A DNA stretch of 64,000 nucleotides from Candidatus Calditenuaceae archaeon (GTDB taxonomy: Archaea > Thermoproteota > Nitrososphaeria_A > Caldarchaeales > Calditenuaceae). The DNA lies in contig JANXDI010000015.1 of assembly GCA_025059595.1 (NCBI GenBank), positions 89,872 through 153,871 of the forward strand, written 5' to 3'. Shown one piece after another: positions 45,814-56,526 of the stretch. The notes under the pieces are model-generated. The model worked only from the letters and a program-made list of their open reading frames with translations, was not told the DNA's origin and searched no databases. The translations under genes were made by a program, and so were the position numbers. Position 1 is the first letter of the stretch. Every line of letters starts with the position of its first letter.

Positions 45814-47046
45814 TCAGTATGTGTTCAGGACCTTCTTGACTGCGTCAATCGAGGGCGGTATAATTCTCACGCCACTTGGCTCAGGCATCAGCTCAATAGT
45901 CTTCAACCCCGACCCAGTCACGCAACAGACAATCTCCTCGTCCCGCCCAATCTCACCCTCTTCCACTAACCTCTTCACCGCCGCCACGGATATCGCGCCT
46001 CCAGGCTCAGCGAAGACACCTTCCGTCGAGGCCAGCAGAGCGGCGGCCTCTACGCACTCGTCGTCGGTCAGCGAAACGGCCACTCCCCCACTCTCCCTGA
46101 GAACTCTTAATGCTTGGTAGCCGTCTCCAGGCTCGCCGATGGCGAGGCTCTGCACGATTGTATCAGGGTGTCTGACCGGCTTTATGGTGTCGCTCTTCTC
46201 CCTGAATGCTTGGACTATTGGTGAGCACCCGAGGGGTTGAGCGCAGGTCATGGCGACTCTGCTGTCGCTTATAAGACCGGCTTGCTCCGCCTCTCCAACC
46301 CCCTTGAATATCGCGGAGAAGAGAGCGCCACTGGCCGTCGGGACAACTATCCTGTCCGGCGTCCGCCATCCGAGCTGCTCCACAATTTCGAGCCCCATGG
46401 TCTTCGACCCCTCAACATAATACGGTCTAAGGTTAACGTTGACTATGCCCATTTCCAGCCTGTCCGCGGCGAGGGCGGCGAGCCTGTTTGCGTCGTCGTA
46501 TGTGCCCTCTACGAGGAGTAGCTGAGCCCCATAAAGGGCGGCCTGTTTAATCTTAGCCTTCTCAACGCTCTTCGGCATGAAGACATAGCAGGGAAGCCCA
46601 GCCGCAGCTGAGTGGGCCGCAGTCGCTCCGGCTAGGTTACCCGTCGAGGCGCATCCGACGGCTTTGAGGCCGAATTCCCGCGCCTTCGATATAGCTAAGC
46701 TTGAAGGCCTGTCCTTGAAACTATATGTCGGGTTCAAGGTGTCGTTCTTCAGATAAAGTTTAGTTACTCCAAGCCTCTTAGCCAGCCGCTCGGCTCTAAT
46801 TAACGGGGTGTATCCTGCTCCGATATCAACTTTATTGGATGGGTCTAGGAGGGGGAGGAACTCCCAATACCTCCACATCGAGGGCCTACGCCCCTCAATC
46901 ACGCTTCTGCTAACAGAGAATCGGCTAGGAGCATAAGAGGCCTCCAGAGCACCAAAACACTCATCGCACACATGTGCAAGTACGTGCCCGAAAGTTTTGC
47001 CGCACTCTCTACACTCGAGAAATACCAGGGCCTCGGATAGCACCAA
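45814..47046 (-). CDS. thrC: Threonine synthase-like PLP enzyme
   Basis: N-terminal CxxC...CxxC, GYTPL, NPTYSFKDR (PLP Lys), CASTGNL, EGSKT, TGSGLK. Confidence 0.8.
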   Translation of the reverse strand: MVLSEALVFLECRECGKTFGHVLAHVCDECFGALEASYAPSRFSVSRSVIEGRRPSMWRYWEFLPLLDPSNKVDIGAGYTPLIRAERLAKRLGVTKLYLKNDTLNPTYSFKDRPSSLAISKAREFGLKAVGCASTGNLAGATAAHSAAAGLPCYVFMPKSVEKAKIKQAALYGAQLLLVEGTYDDANRLAALAADRLEMGIVNVNLRPYYVEGSKTMGLEIVEQLGWRTPDRIVVPTASGALFSAIFKGVGEAEQAGLISDSRVAMTCAQPLGCSPIVQAFREKSDTIKPVRHPDTIVQSLAIGEPGDGYQALRVLRESGGVAVSLTDDECVEAAALLASTEGVFAEPGGAISVAAVKRLVEEGEIGRDEEIVCCVTGSGLKTIELMPEPSGVRIIPPSIDAVKKVLNTY

Positions 47047-47169
47047 TCACCTGACGGGAGTCTGATGTGGCAAAATATAAACCGTATCCACCCGCCCCAA
47101 GGCTCAAATGTGAAGCCCGGTGCATCGCCGGCCACATTCTTTATACCGCCGCGCATATTGTGTTTAGAC

Positions 47170-47694
47170 GTGTGTGCCGCGAGTTCTCATCGATCTTTAG
47201 CCCCCAGGAGGCTCCGGATAGCGATTATCAGGTCCAGCTCCTCGCGGTATCAGGCGATGCTGCGGGGTGAGCAGATTGTGGACGACTCTTCGGAAGCCGC
47301 CCGCATGATTCTTGAGGAGCTCGGCCACGAAGTCACGCACACAGGCCTCGTCGGCGACGACTTGATTGGAATAAGGACGCAGGTTGTGGGAGCTCTTGCG
47401 AGGGGGTTTGATGTTATAGTTGTTATAGGAGGCACCGGTTTCTCGCCGAAGGATGTTACCGTTGAGGCGATAAGGCCTCTCCTTGAGAAGGAGATTGAGG
47501 GGGTGGGGGAGATTTTTAGGCTTGAGAGTTACAGGAGAGTTGGTTTTCCGGCCGCCTTCTCGAGAAGCCTCGCCGGCGTCATCCGCGGCTCGATTATACT
47601 TGCCTTGCCGGGGTCTCCTGACGCCGTCGAGACGGCTATCCGCCTAATCGGGCCTGAGCTGCCCCACATGGTCTTTGTGGCCAGGGAGGCCTAG
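47170..47694 (+). CDS. moaB: Molybdopterin adenylyltransferase MoaB/MogA
   Basis: GGTGFSPKDVTVEA, EGVGEIFR, SR, LPGSPDAV. Start placed at the GTG downstream of TTTATA (~47141); the ORF track starts at 47065. Confidence 0.85.
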   Translation: MCAASSHRSLAPRRLRIAIIRSSSSRYQAMLRGEQIVDDSSEAARMILEELGHEVTHTGLVGDDLIGIRTQVVGALARGFDVIVVIGGTGFSPKDVTVEAIRPLLEKEIEGVGEIFRLESYRRVGFPAAFSRSLAGVIRGSIILALPGSPDAVETAIRLIGPELPHMVFVAREA

Positions 47695-47751
47695 GTGGTG
47701 AAAGGGGGAAAGTTAAAAGATTAGAGGCCTATAAACGATTCGGCTGAACTA

Positions 47752-50493
47752 ATGAATTCCCGCGGCGAGTTGAGAGAGGTTAGGAAGACTTTACAGACTC
47801 CTCATGGAGATGCGATTTACTATGACCTTCACATGCTCGAGGAAATTGGTCTCGCCAGAAATGTGGACGAGATGCCGCTTAGCCTAAAGATTCTGCTAGA
47901 GAACGTCGCTCGGAGCGCGGATAATGGTCTAGCGTCCATCGAGGATGTGGAGTTAGTCGGCCGGGCTACGACGGGTGAGGGGTTAGAGATACCTTTCATG
48001 CCCAGCCGTGCTTTGCTGCAGGACTTTACCGGCGTCCCACTTGTCGTAGACTTGGCGGCTATGAGGGAGGTCGTCGCAGCGTTCAGCGGAAACCCTGATA
48101 GGGTAAATCCGGAGATTCCCACACATCTGGTGGTCGACCACTCGATTCAGGTCGACTACTATGCCTCCAAAGACGCATTCTGGAAAAACCTCTCCCTCGA
48201 ATTTCTACGGAACAGGGAGAGGTATATCTTGCTGAAATGGGCTCAAGGCGCCTTCAGAAATTTCTACGTCGTGCCACCGGGCCGCGGTATAGTTCATCAG
48301 GTCAACTTGGAAAGTCTCGCAAGGGTCGTTGAGGTGCGGAAAGGGCCTCGAGGCCTGGTCGCGTTCCCTGATACGGTTCTCGGGACCGACTCTCATACGC
48401 CGATGGTTAATGGTCTGGGTGTGTTGGGCTGGGGGGTTGGTGGAATCGAGGCTGAGGCAGTCATGCTTGGGCAACCATACTACATGCCTATCCCCGAGGT
48501 CGTCGGCGTCAAGCTTGTAGGCGAGCTCCAGCCACCTGCAACTGCCACAGACCTAGTGCTGACCATCACGGAGGTTCTTAGAAAGAGGGGCGTCGTGGGA
48601 AAGTTCGTTGAGTTCTTCGGCCCAGGGGTCGCTACGCTCACCATACCAGATAGAGCGACAGTCTCCAACATGGCCCCCGAGTACGGCGCGACGATCGGCC
48701 TTTTCCCGATAGACAGTGCCACCCTAAAATATCTTCAAACAACGGGCAGAGAAGAAGCTCATGTCAAGCTCATTAAACATTATGCCGAGATTCAAGGCCT
48801 CTACACGACAAGCTACGACCAAGAGGCTCGGTACGGGGATGTCCTCCTAATCAATCTTTCAGAAGTAGAGCCCAGCATAGCCGGACCGGCTAACCCAGAG
48901 GACAGAATCAGACTGAGGGAGGTGAAGGAGGCTGTTTTGAAGATTTTGAGAAAAGTTAAGCCCGCCGCCGGAGTCTCTGAGAATCGTTTAAGCGTTTGGC
49001 ATGATGATGGTGGCCCAGCTGGTCAGCGACCTTTAGGGGGCGTGGGCGCCGGATTAGGCGGGGAGGAGTATGAGGTTAGGGACGGCTCGGTGGTCATAGC
49101 TGCAATTACAAGCTGCACGAACACCTCCAACCCTGCCGTTATGATAGGGGCTGGGCTCCTAGCGAGAAACGCGGTCCAACGTGGACTTAGGCGGAGGCCT
49201 TACGTGAAGACCAGCCTGGCCCCAGGCTCAGCCGTCGTGATAGACTATCTCGAGGAGTCGGGCCTCCTGGCCTACCTCTCCGAGCTCGGATTCGACGTCG
49301 TAGGATACGGCTGCACAACATGCATAGGCAACAGCGGCCCATTACAGCCCGAGGTCGAGGAGGCAATAAGGAAAAAGGACCTTTTCGCGGTGGCGGTCTT
49401 GAGTGGAAATAGAAACTTCGAGGGGCGGATACATCCGTCCGTGAAGGCAAGCTTCCTAGCCTCACCTATACTCGTAGTGGCCTACGCGATCGCAGGTAGA
49501 ATCGACATCGACTTCAACAACGAGCCACTAGGTAGAGGCAGAGACGGCAGGCCCGTTTTCCTGAAGGACATTTGGCCCGACCAGTCAGAGATTAGAAGAA
49601 TAATGGAGGATGAAATCAGAGCGGAGATGTTTAGGAAAAGATATGGTGAAATTTTTACTGGCGTCGGAGAGTGGGAGGAGCTCAAACCCGCGTCGACCCC
49701 CACATTCAGCTGGGACCCCTCCTCAACCTACATCAGGAAACCACCTTACTTCGAGGAGTTTCAGAGAGAGCCGGCCCCCCTGACAGATATCCTAGGCGCG
49801 AGGGCCCTTGTATTGCTGGGAGACCGCGTTACCACTGACCACATCTCGCCAGCCGGGGCCATCCCCCCCAACAGCCCAGCGGGTCTCTACCTGAGGAGCC
49901 TCGGAGTCGACCCAACCGAGTTCAACACTTACGGCTCAAGGAGGGGGAACCACGAAGTGATGATTAGGGGAACATTCGCTAATCACCGCCTAAGAAATCA
50001 TCTTTTGCCGGACGGTGAGGGCTGGTGGACAATCCACTTCCCGGACGGAGATAAGATGACGGTTTATGAGGCGGCTATGAGGTATAAGAGCGAGGGCGTG
50101 CCCCTTATCGTTCTCGCGGGTAAGCAGTATGGCGCTGGGAGCTCGCGGGACTGGGCGGCCAAGGGCACGAGGCTGCTGGGGGTCAGGGCGGTTATCGCTG
50201 AGAGCTTCGAGAGAATTCACCGCAGCAACTTGGTTGGAATGGGTGTGCTTCCGCTCCAGTTTAAGGAGGGTGAGGGTTGGAGGCAGCTCGGTCTAACAGG
50301 CTCAGAAACCTACGACATTAAGCTCGGCCAACTACATCCAAAAAAGACGGTCGAAGTCATCGCCAAGAGGGATGACGGGGCAGCAACCTCATTCGAGACA
50401 ATCATCAGGCTGGACACCTCCACCGAGATAGAATATTACAGGCACGGAGGAATACTTCCTTACGTAGTCAGGAGGATAATCGGGAGCTCTTGA
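47752..50493 (+). CDS. acnA: Aconitate hydratase A
   Basis: LQDFTGVP, DHS, GIVHQVNLE, GTDSHT, ITSCTNTSNP, GCTTCIGNSG, TTDHISP, GSSRDWAAKG. Confidence 0.97.
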   Translation: MNSRGELREVRKTLQTPHGDAIYYDLHMLEEIGLARNVDEMPLSLKILLENVARSADNGLASIEDVELVGRATTGEGLEIPFMPSRALLQDFTGVPLVVDLAAMREVVAAFSGNPDRVNPEIPTHLVVDHSIQVDYYASKDAFWKNLSLEFLRNRERYILLKWAQGAFRNFYVVPPGRGIVHQVNLESLARVVEVRKGPRGLVAFPDTVLGTDSHTPMVNGLGVLGWGVGGIEAEAVMLGQPYYMPIPEVVGVKLVGELQPPATATDLVLTITEVLRKRGVVGKFVEFFGPGVATLTIPDRATVSNMAPEYGATIGLFPIDSATLKYLQTTGREEAHVKLIKHYAEIQGLYTTSYDQEARYGDVLLINLSEVEPSIAGPANPEDRIRLREVKEAVLKILRKVKPAAGVSENRLSVWHDDGGPAGQRPLGGVGAGLGGEEYEVRDGSVVIAAITSCTNTSNPAVMIGAGLLARNAVQRGLRRRPYVKTSLAPGSAVVIDYLEESGLLAYLSELGFDVVGYGCTTCIGNSGPLQPEVEEAIRKKDLFAVAVLSGNRNFEGRIHPSVKASFLASPILVVAYAIAGRIDIDFNNEPLGRGRDGRPVFLKDIWPDQSEIRRIMEDEIRAEMFRKRYGEIFTGVGEWEELKPASTPTFSWDPSSTYIRKPPYFEEFQREPAPLTDILGARALVLLGDRVTTDHISPAGAIPPNSPAGLYLRSLGVDPTEFNTYGSRRGNHEVMIRGTFANHRLRNHLLPDGEGWWTIHFPDGDKMTVYEAAMRYKSEGVPLIVLAGKQYGAGSSRDWAAKGTRLLGVRAVIAESFERIHRSNLVGMGVLPLQFKEGEGWRQLGLTGSETYDIKLGQLHPKKTVEVIAKRDDGAATSFETIIRLDTSTEIEYYRHGGILPYVVRRIIGSS

Positions 50494-50520
50494 ACATCAC
50501 AGGACCATGAGAGCCTGTCT

Positions 50521-50694
50521 CTAGAGGCGCTCCTTTAAACTCCTAATCCACCTGTAGCTCCGCCACCGCTTAGATGCCCCGAACCCGCAGTGGGCGCACC
50601 TCCCCCTTCTAAAGTTGAATGACCGGCGGCCGCACCTTCTACACCGCCCATGGGTGGGCGTCTTGAACTTACCCATCGAGGGCGTGCCCTTCAT
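50521..50694 (-). CDS. rpl37e: 50S ribosomal protein L37e (57 aa)
   Basis: Manual translation [49 protein letters not shown]..., directly downstream of Lsm as is usual in archaea. Not in the ORF track. Confidence 0.95.
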   Translation of the reverse strand: MKGTPSMGKFKTPTHGRCRRCGRRSFNFRRGRCAHCGFGASKRWRSYRWIRSLKERL

Positions 50695-50942
50695 GTCCCG
50701 CTGACCTCCTCCCTAAGCTGTGAAGGTGAAATCATGACTATGTTGTCGCCCCTAACCACGATGAGGCCTAGCTTCACCGAGTTATTCTCGCCCCTGACCT
50801 CCTCAGCCCCCTCAAGAACTAGGTTCATATGCTGGTCATAACCCCTCAACTGTCCGCGAATAGCCCTTCCATTTCTCAGCTTAACCAGCACGGTCCCTCC
50901 AAGCGACTTGGCCAGCATCTTCAACGAAACGTCTGTGGACAA
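50691..50942 (-). CDS. lsm: Sm-like protein (SmAP/Lsm)
   Basis: Sm1 motif [14 protein letters not shown], Sm2 motif VRGDNI. Confidence 0.94.
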   Translation of the reverse strand: MSTDVSLKMLAKSLGGTVLVKLRNGRAIRGQLRGYDQHMNLVLEGAEEVRGENNSVKLGLIVVRGDNIVMISPSQLREEVSGT

Positions 50943-51083
50943 CCCTAGCCACTATTCTTTCAGAAACTCTGCTTTTAAAGTTTCCCACCCACAGTGGTCA
51001 TCACCGTGTTTATCAGTGTGCAAACGAGGCCCCCAAATCTTAAATCCTAAATACATAGCCCATTCTCACAACTTTGAAGAACC

Positions 51084-52037
51084 GTGGTGAAGATTCTAAG
51101 CGAGAGTGAAGTGGAAGCATTAGTCTCTGTTGAGGAGCTGTTCGACAAGGTCGCTGAAGCCTTCAAGACTCTAAGCCTCGGCGAGTTGCTGATGCCCCCG
51201 CGGGAAAGGATTAGAGTCGAGGGATTTGGTGACATACTGCTTATGCCATGCCTAGCTCAAAGCCTCGGTGTCTTCTCCCTGAAGGTCGTCTCCGTATATC
51301 CGAGAAACATCGAGTTGGGGTTACCCACCACAAACGCCGCGGTCTTGGTGGTCAACCCTGAAAACGGCGTCCCAGAGCTCGTGGCCGAGGCCAAGGCTTT
51401 GACCGGGCTTAGGACTGCGGCGGCCACCGCACTATCGGTGAGATACCTGGCGAGGAGAGATGCCTCAAGGCTCGGAATAATAGGGTGCGGATACCAAGCC
51501 GGTTGGCAGCTAAAGATAACGAGCCGTGTCATGAAGACTGAACAGATTTTGGTCCACGACCTGTATAGAGAGAGGGCGGAGAGGCTCGCCGACGAGTTTA
51601 GAGCCAGAACAGGTATTGATGTGAGGGTCTGCCTCAACGCCCAGGAGCTGGTCGAGGCTTGTGATGTAATTATAACGGCGACCACGAGTAAGACCCCGGT
51701 GGTCTGGAAGGACTGGGTGAGGCCGGGCACACACATCTCGGCCATAGGGGCCTACACACCTGAGATGGCGGAGATAGACCCGCGGGTGTTGGCTTCCGCC
51801 AAGTTGGTCGTCGACTCCCTTAAAGCGGCGAGGGAGGAGGCGGGAGACATAATTCAGGCCGTGAATGCAGGTCTGATAAGATGGGATAACGTTTACGGCG
51901 AGATAGGGGAGATTATTGCGGGGAGGAAGCCCGGACGCCTCCGAGAGGACGAGGTGACGGTCTTCAAGACTGTGGGAACTGCGGCCCAAGATGCCGCGGT
52001 CGCATCTATACTTCTCTCGAAAACGAGGAGCCGCTAG
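51084..52037 (+). CDS. Ornithine cyclodeaminase/mu-crystallin family (archaeal alanine dehydrogenase-like)
   Basis: KVVSVYPRN, LTGLRTAA, GCGYQA, HISAIGA, FKTVGTAAQD. Confidence 0.85.
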   Translation: MVKILSESEVEALVSVEELFDKVAEAFKTLSLGELLMPPRERIRVEGFGDILLMPCLAQSLGVFSLKVVSVYPRNIELGLPTTNAAVLVVNPENGVPELVAEAKALTGLRTAAATALSVRYLARRDASRLGIIGCGYQAGWQLKITSRVMKTEQILVHDLYRERAERLADEFRARTGIDVRVCLNAQELVEACDVIITATTSKTPVVWKDWVRPGTHISAIGAYTPEMAEIDPRVLASAKLVVDSLKAAREEAGDIIQAVNAGLIRWDNVYGEIGEIIAGRKPGRLREDEVTVFKTVGTAAQDAAVASILLSKTRSR

Positions 52038-52673
52038 CTATTCACGGTGCCTTACGTGCCCGAGTACAACATATTCCACAGCATCACACACGTAAGTCGC
52101 GTGGTCCGCAATCCTCTCCAGGTTCCTAAGCGCGAGAACGACTGCGACATCGCACTCCCGTGTGCCGTCTCTCTCAAGCGTGATAGCCCTGAGTCTATCC
52201 CTATAAATCTCGTCAATTTTCTCATCCATCATCTTCACCTGCCGCGCCGCCTCGATGTCAAGCTTCTGGAACGCTTGAAGACTCTTCTTCAGCATCTCCC
52301 CCACCATGTAGCCGGCCTCAGAAATGGGGGTTAGGTCGCATTCAAGAAGCGCACCAAGCATCCGACTGCTTCTAGTAATCTCGAGAGAGTATCTCCCCAT
52401 CCTCAGAACATCGTAGGAGACGTTAGTGCAGGACCTGATGTAGCGGAGGTCCTTTGCGACGGGCTGGTATCTCGCTATGAGCTCTGTTACTATGTCGCTT
52501 ACCTCTTCGTAAAGGTCTCTGAGCTTCCTCGCATATTCATACACCTCCCTCTCCACGTCAGTATATTTGAGTAGGCCTTCGATACTTTTGTTGTAGGAGT
52601 CTATCCCCAAGTTGAACATCTCCTCGACTTTCCTCGACAGTAGCTGGAGACCCATGTCAAGTATCCTGCTCAA
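52038..52673 (-). CDS. phoU: Phosphate transport regulator PhoU
   Basis: ARYQPVAKDLR, DEKID, LERIADHA. Last gene of the pst operon. Confidence 0.9.
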   Translation of the reverse strand: MSRILDMGLQLLSRKVEEMFNLGIDSYNKSIEGLLKYTDVEREVYEYARKLRDLYEEVSDIVTELIARYQPVAKDLRYIRSCTNVSYDVLRMGRYSLEITRSSRMLGALLECDLTPISEAGYMVGEMLKKSLQAFQKLDIEAARQVKMMDEKIDEIYRDRLRAITLERDGTRECDVAVVLALRNLERIADHATYVCDAVEYVVLGHVRHRE

Positions 52674-52679
52674 AGCATC

Positions 52680-53528
52680 TCAACCTATGCGGCCGCTAAT
52701 GTAGTCCTCGGTCCTCTTATCCTTAGGGTTGGTGAAGATCTCCTTTGTGGGCCCGAACTCTATAATTCTGCCAATCATATCATCGTCTGGCATCATGACC
52801 GTCGTATAATCCGAGGCGCGGGCAGCCTGAAGCATGTTGTGCGTCACGATTATGATAGTGTACTCATCCTTTATCGAGCGTAGAAGCGACTCTATTCTAG
52901 CCGTGGATATGGGGTCGAGTGAGACCGTAGGCTCGTCGAGCAGCAGGACCTCAGGGTCTATAGCTAAGGCACGGGCGATACAGAGCCTCTGCTGCTGTCC
53001 ACCTGAAAGACTGTAGGCATGTGCGTTAAGCCTGTCCTTAACCTCGTCCCACAGGGCAGCCTTGATAAGCGCGTCCTTCACTTTGTTGTAGAGCTCATCC
53101 TTCGTGAGCTTGAATCCATTAACCCGTAGGCCAAAGGCCACGTTATCAAAGATGCTGAAGGGGAAGGGGTTTGGCCTCTGAAAGACCATCGAGATTCGTG
53201 AGCGTATAAAGACCGGGTCCACGTCCTTAGAGTAGACGTCCGTCCCGTTGAAGTAGACCCTCCCGTAAACCTTGGCCCCGGGAACGAGGTCGTTCATCCT
53301 GTTTATGGACCTAAGAAGAGTTGACTTGCCGCAGCCGGAGGGCCCGATGATGGCTGTAATGTAGTGCCTCTTGAATGAAACGCTAATGTTGTCTATCGCT
53401 ATCTTATTCCCATAAACTACCCTTACATTCTCTACTCTTACGACTTCAGGTTCAGATGAATCAGTCATCTCATCTTTACCTTGTTCAAGATACTCTGTCA
53501 ACAGCTGATTATATGACTTTATCGTCAC
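52680..53528 (-). CDS. pstB: Phosphate ABC transporter ATPase (start may be the ATG near 53468)
   Basis: [46 protein letters not shown]. Confidence 0.95.
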   Translation of the reverse strand: MTIKSYNQLLTEYLEQGKDEMTDSSEPEVVRVENVRVVYGNKIAIDNISVSFKRHYITAIIGPSGCGKSTLLRSINRMNDLVPGAKVYGRVYFNGTDVYSKDVDPVFIRSRISMVFQRPNPFPFSIFDNVAFGLRVNGFKLTKDELYNKVKDALIKAALWDEVKDRLNAHAYSLSGGQQQRLCIARALAIDPEVLLLDEPTVSLDPISTARIESLLRSIKDEYTIIIVTHNMLQAARASDYTTVMMPDDDMIGRIIEFGPTKEIFTNPKDKRTEDYISGRIG

Positions 53529-54415
53529 AGCTGACCCAACCTCCTAGTCAAAAACTGCCTCAAGCCTATAACTGCGCCGTTGAGGCTTAAAAGTATCAGC
53601 AGCAAAACTATAATGCCGGCGGATGACAGTTCTATGAAGGCCGGCTGTGGCCGGCTTATCCAGTTGTAGAGCTGGAGCGGCATGACGGTGAACCGGCTGA
53701 AGAGGGAGGTGGGGTCCTCTCTAATGAAAAGCAACCCACTCACCACAAGAATAGGGGCCGCCTCGCCCAGAGCACGGCTGATCCCCAGAATACCGCCCGT
53801 GAGCATCATGGGCAGAGCCCTAGGGAGAGAGACGTGGCGCACAACCTGAAACGTCGTCGCTCCCAGAGCGTAGGCACCCTGCCTCAAATCATCCGGAACG
53901 GTTTTCAAGGCTTCGACACAGGTAACGGTCACTAATGGTAGTATCAAGATAGCTAGAGTAAATGCGCCCGTAATTATTGTCCTCCCCATTCCGAGCCAGT
54001 ATGCCAAGAAACCCAGACCGACCACGCCGAAGATGATGGAGGGGACTCCGGCGAGGTTTGATATGTTATAGCTCAGGATGGACGAGAACCTTCCCCCTCT
54101 CGAATACTCGACGAGATAAATCGCAGTTGCTATGCTGAGCGGGATGCAAATGACGGCCGCCAAGCCCACCGTGAATATGCTTCCCAGTATCGCGGACCTC
54201 ATCCCCGCCTCATTCGGGTTAGCAGAAGGGTAGTTCAGAATGATGATGGGGGATAGCCTGTGACCACCCCAAGTCACGACGGTGACGAGTAGCGCGGCGA
54301 GCGTCGCCAAGGCTATAAAAACGGCGACGCTGAGGATGATTGGGAGTGCTTTATCGACGAACTTTCTAAACCTCAAACCCGACCTTCTGGCCCCACTTAA
54401 TACTTGATGGCCCAT
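53525..54415 (-). CDS. pstA: Phosphate ABC transporter permease
   Basis: [26 protein letters not shown]. Confidence 0.92.
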   Translation of the reverse strand: MGHQVLSGARRSGLRFRKFVDKALPIILSVAVFIALATLAALLVTVVTWGGHRLSPIIILNYPSANPNEAGMRSAILGSIFTVGLAAVICIPLSIATAIYLVEYSRGGRFSSILSYNISNLAGVPSIIFGVVGLGFLAYWLGMGRTIITGAFTLAILILPLVTVTCVEALKTVPDDLRQGAYALGATTFQVVRHVSLPRALPMMLTGGILGISRALGEAAPILVVSGLLFIREDPTSLFSRFTVMPLQLYNWISRPQPAFIELSSAGIIVLLLILLSLNGAVIGLRQFLTRRLGQL

Positions 54416-55320
54416 CTCTTCACCACCCTAATGCCAATATAATTCAAGACGGCCGTTATGAGTAGTAGGAAGAGGCCCACAGCGAATAGCGATTGATACT
54501 CTATCGTCCCGTGGGGTGCGTCACCCGTCGCGACCTGCGCGATATACGCCGTCATAGTCTCCATAGCCTCTCCGACGTTGAACGTTAAGACGCTTCTAAA
54601 CCCGCCCGCGATAGCGGCGATCATCGTCTCGCCCATGGCCCTCGCGAAGGCAAGTATAATGGAGGCCGAGACGCCGGAGAGTGCTGCTGGGAATACGACG
54701 CGTAGGGCGACGTCGGACTTCCTCGACCCCAGGGCATAGGCGGCATGTCTTAAGTCTAGGGGGACTGCGTTCATGGCGTCGTCGCTTATAGATGCTACGA
54801 TTGGAATTATCAGGATACCAATCATGAGTCCAACTGCTAAGGCGTTGTGAATCTGAAGCCCCTCCCAAAGATTCCTCAAGATGTTAGGCGTGATAAAGTA
54901 GAGCGCAAAGTAGCCGTAGACGACCGTCGGTATTCCAGCAAGTGTTTCGACTGCAGGTTTAACAACGGACCTTAAGGCAGGCGAGGCGTATTCGCTCAGG
55001 AATAATGCTATCATCACTCCTATGGGAGCCGCCACTGTTATTGCTATCAGAGAAGTGATGATCGTCGCATTAAGTAAAGGGAGTACTCCAAAGTGTTTCT
55101 CCGCAAAGAGCGCAGTCCACTTGGTGTGTGTGAGAAACTCGGCTACAGACACGTGTGTAAAGAAGTTAAAAGACTCTAGACCAAGTGTTACGAATATCAC
55201 TATTAGTGAGATAGTTGATACTAAAGTCGCTGAAAGAAAAATGAAATAAAAAAAGCTGTTTGTGCGTTTCCTCCTCTCAGTACCCCGCTTAAGCTCCTCA
55301 AGGCTCGCCATCACAGTCAT
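54397..55320 (-). CDS. pstC: Phosphate ABC transporter permease
   Basis: LAGIPTVVYG, AAYALG, RAMGETM. Confidence 0.92.
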   Translation of the reverse strand: MTVMASLEELKRGTERRKRTNSFFYFIFLSATLVSTISLIVIFVTLGLESFNFFTHVSVAEFLTHTKWTALFAEKHFGVLPLLNATIITSLIAITVAAPIGVMIALFLSEYASPALRSVVKPAVETLAGIPTVVYGYFALYFITPNILRNLWEGLQIHNALAVGLMIGILIIPIVASISDDAMNAVPLDLRHAAYALGSRKSDVALRVVFPAALSGVSASIILAFARAMGETMIAAIAGGFRSVLTFNVGEAMETMTAYIAQVATGDAPHGTIEYQSLFAVGLFLLLITAVLNYIGIRVVKRWAIKY

Positions 55321-55350
55321 CAGTAATCTACTCCCTCTAACTATTTGTGT

Positions 55351-56526
55351 TTAACGTGGACCAGCGTTTCTCCAGGAGGGGCTTATGGATATCGTGTAGA
55401 GGTTGTCGACTATTCCTGCCTTCAGTAGGGCGGCTACGACCTTGTAGTATTGGGATGGGAGAGACGTGTATCCTACTTGCTTAACGAAGCTTTCTCCGTT
55501 CTCGACGTAAAAGATGACGAACTCTTTCAGGGCAGGCTTGTCTAACCAAGCCTTCTTGTTAACGTAGATGAAGAGTGGCCTCGCGAGCGGGTACTTGTAG
55601 GTCCTAACCGTCTCATCCGTCGGTATGACACATTCAGCGCCAGCCACTTTATCGTCCTTTATCGGGACGATTCTGATTCTGTCAGCGGCTTGAGGATAGT
55701 ATGCGTAGCCGAAGTAGCCGAGGGCGAATCTCTCCGCCTCGACCCCTGCCACGAGCACGTTATCGTCCTCAGAAGCCACGTAATCTGTTCTGCTCGACTT
55801 AGCCTTGCCCACAACCCTCTCAGTGAAGTAGTCGAATGTGCCAGAGTCAGGTCCTGGACCATAGAGCACTATCGGGGAGCTGGGCCATCCTGAGCGTATG
55901 TCGCTCCATCTCCTGACCGTGCTGTTCGGATTCCAAATTAGCCTAAGCTCGGATATCGTTAAGCAGTCCACCCAGTCGTTCTGCCTGTTTACTACCACAA
56001 CGAGCCCATCAATGGCGATTGGAACCTCTATCCACTCTATGTTATTCTTCTGAGCCGCCTCAGCCTCGCTCTTCGTTATGGGCCTTGAGGCGTCGTTAAT
56101 GTCTGTCTCCCCTACCACGAACCTCTTGAACCCTCCTCCTGTGCCAGAAATGCCGACCGAAATCTTGACGTTGGGGTGTAGCTTCATGAATGCCTCAGCA
56201 GCCGCCTCGGTTATCGGATAGACCGTGCTTGAACCGTCTATTATTATATCACCCGACAGCACAACTTTCGTTGGCGTCGGAGGACCTTGAGTGACAGTGA
56301 CTCTCTCCGTCACCGTTGCGGTCCTTAAGACGGTCTCGGTAACAGCCTGACCAGGCCCCAAAGTTACGGTCTGCCTCTCAGTCTGAATCTGCGTCACGGT
56401 TTTCAGCACTGTCTGCGTCGCGGCTGGAGCCACGAACATTCCGCCTACGTATCCGATAACTCCGCCTACCAGTAGGAAGGCCAGTATTAATCCAACCATT
56501 TTTGTGCTTGCCATGCTCACGGCCAT
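55351..56526 (-). CDS. pstS: Phosphate ABC transporter substrate-binding protein
   Basis: N-terminal TM plus Thr-rich linker, DGSSTVYP, GTGGG, ASR, SGTFDYF, YPLARPL. Confidence 0.93.
   Translation of the reverse strand: MAVSMASTKMVGLILAFLLVGGVIGYVGGMFVAPAATQTVLKTVTQIQTERQTVTLGPGQAVTETVLRTATVTERVTVTQGPPTPTKVVLSGDIIIDGSSTVYPITEAAAEAFMKLHPNVKISVGISGTGGGFKRFVVGETDINDASRPITKSEAEAAQKNNIEWIEVPIAIDGLVVVVNRQNDWVDCLTISELRLIWNPNSTVRRWSDIRSGWPSSPIVLYGPGPDSGTFDYFTERVVGKAKSSRTDYVASEDDNVLVAGVEAERFALGYFGYAYYPQAADRIRIVPIKDDKVAGAECVIPTDETVRTYKYPLARPLFIYVNKKAWLDKPALKEFVIFYVENGESFVKQVGYTSLPSQYYKVVAALLKAGIVDNLYTISISPSWRNAGPR

Noticed and set aside
47064-47140. ATGTGGC...GCCACAT inverted repeat with inner hairpins upstream of thrC (possible SAM/Moco riboswitch)
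   Set aside because: No riboswitch consensus recognised. TATA boxes for thrC (~47075) and moaB (~47141) lie inside or beside it, so it is unlikely to be in either leader.
50958-51005. Minus-strand GTGATGA...CTGA resembling a second C/D sRNA
   Set aside because: No credible D'/C' boxes, and the interior contains the TATA box of the lsm gene.
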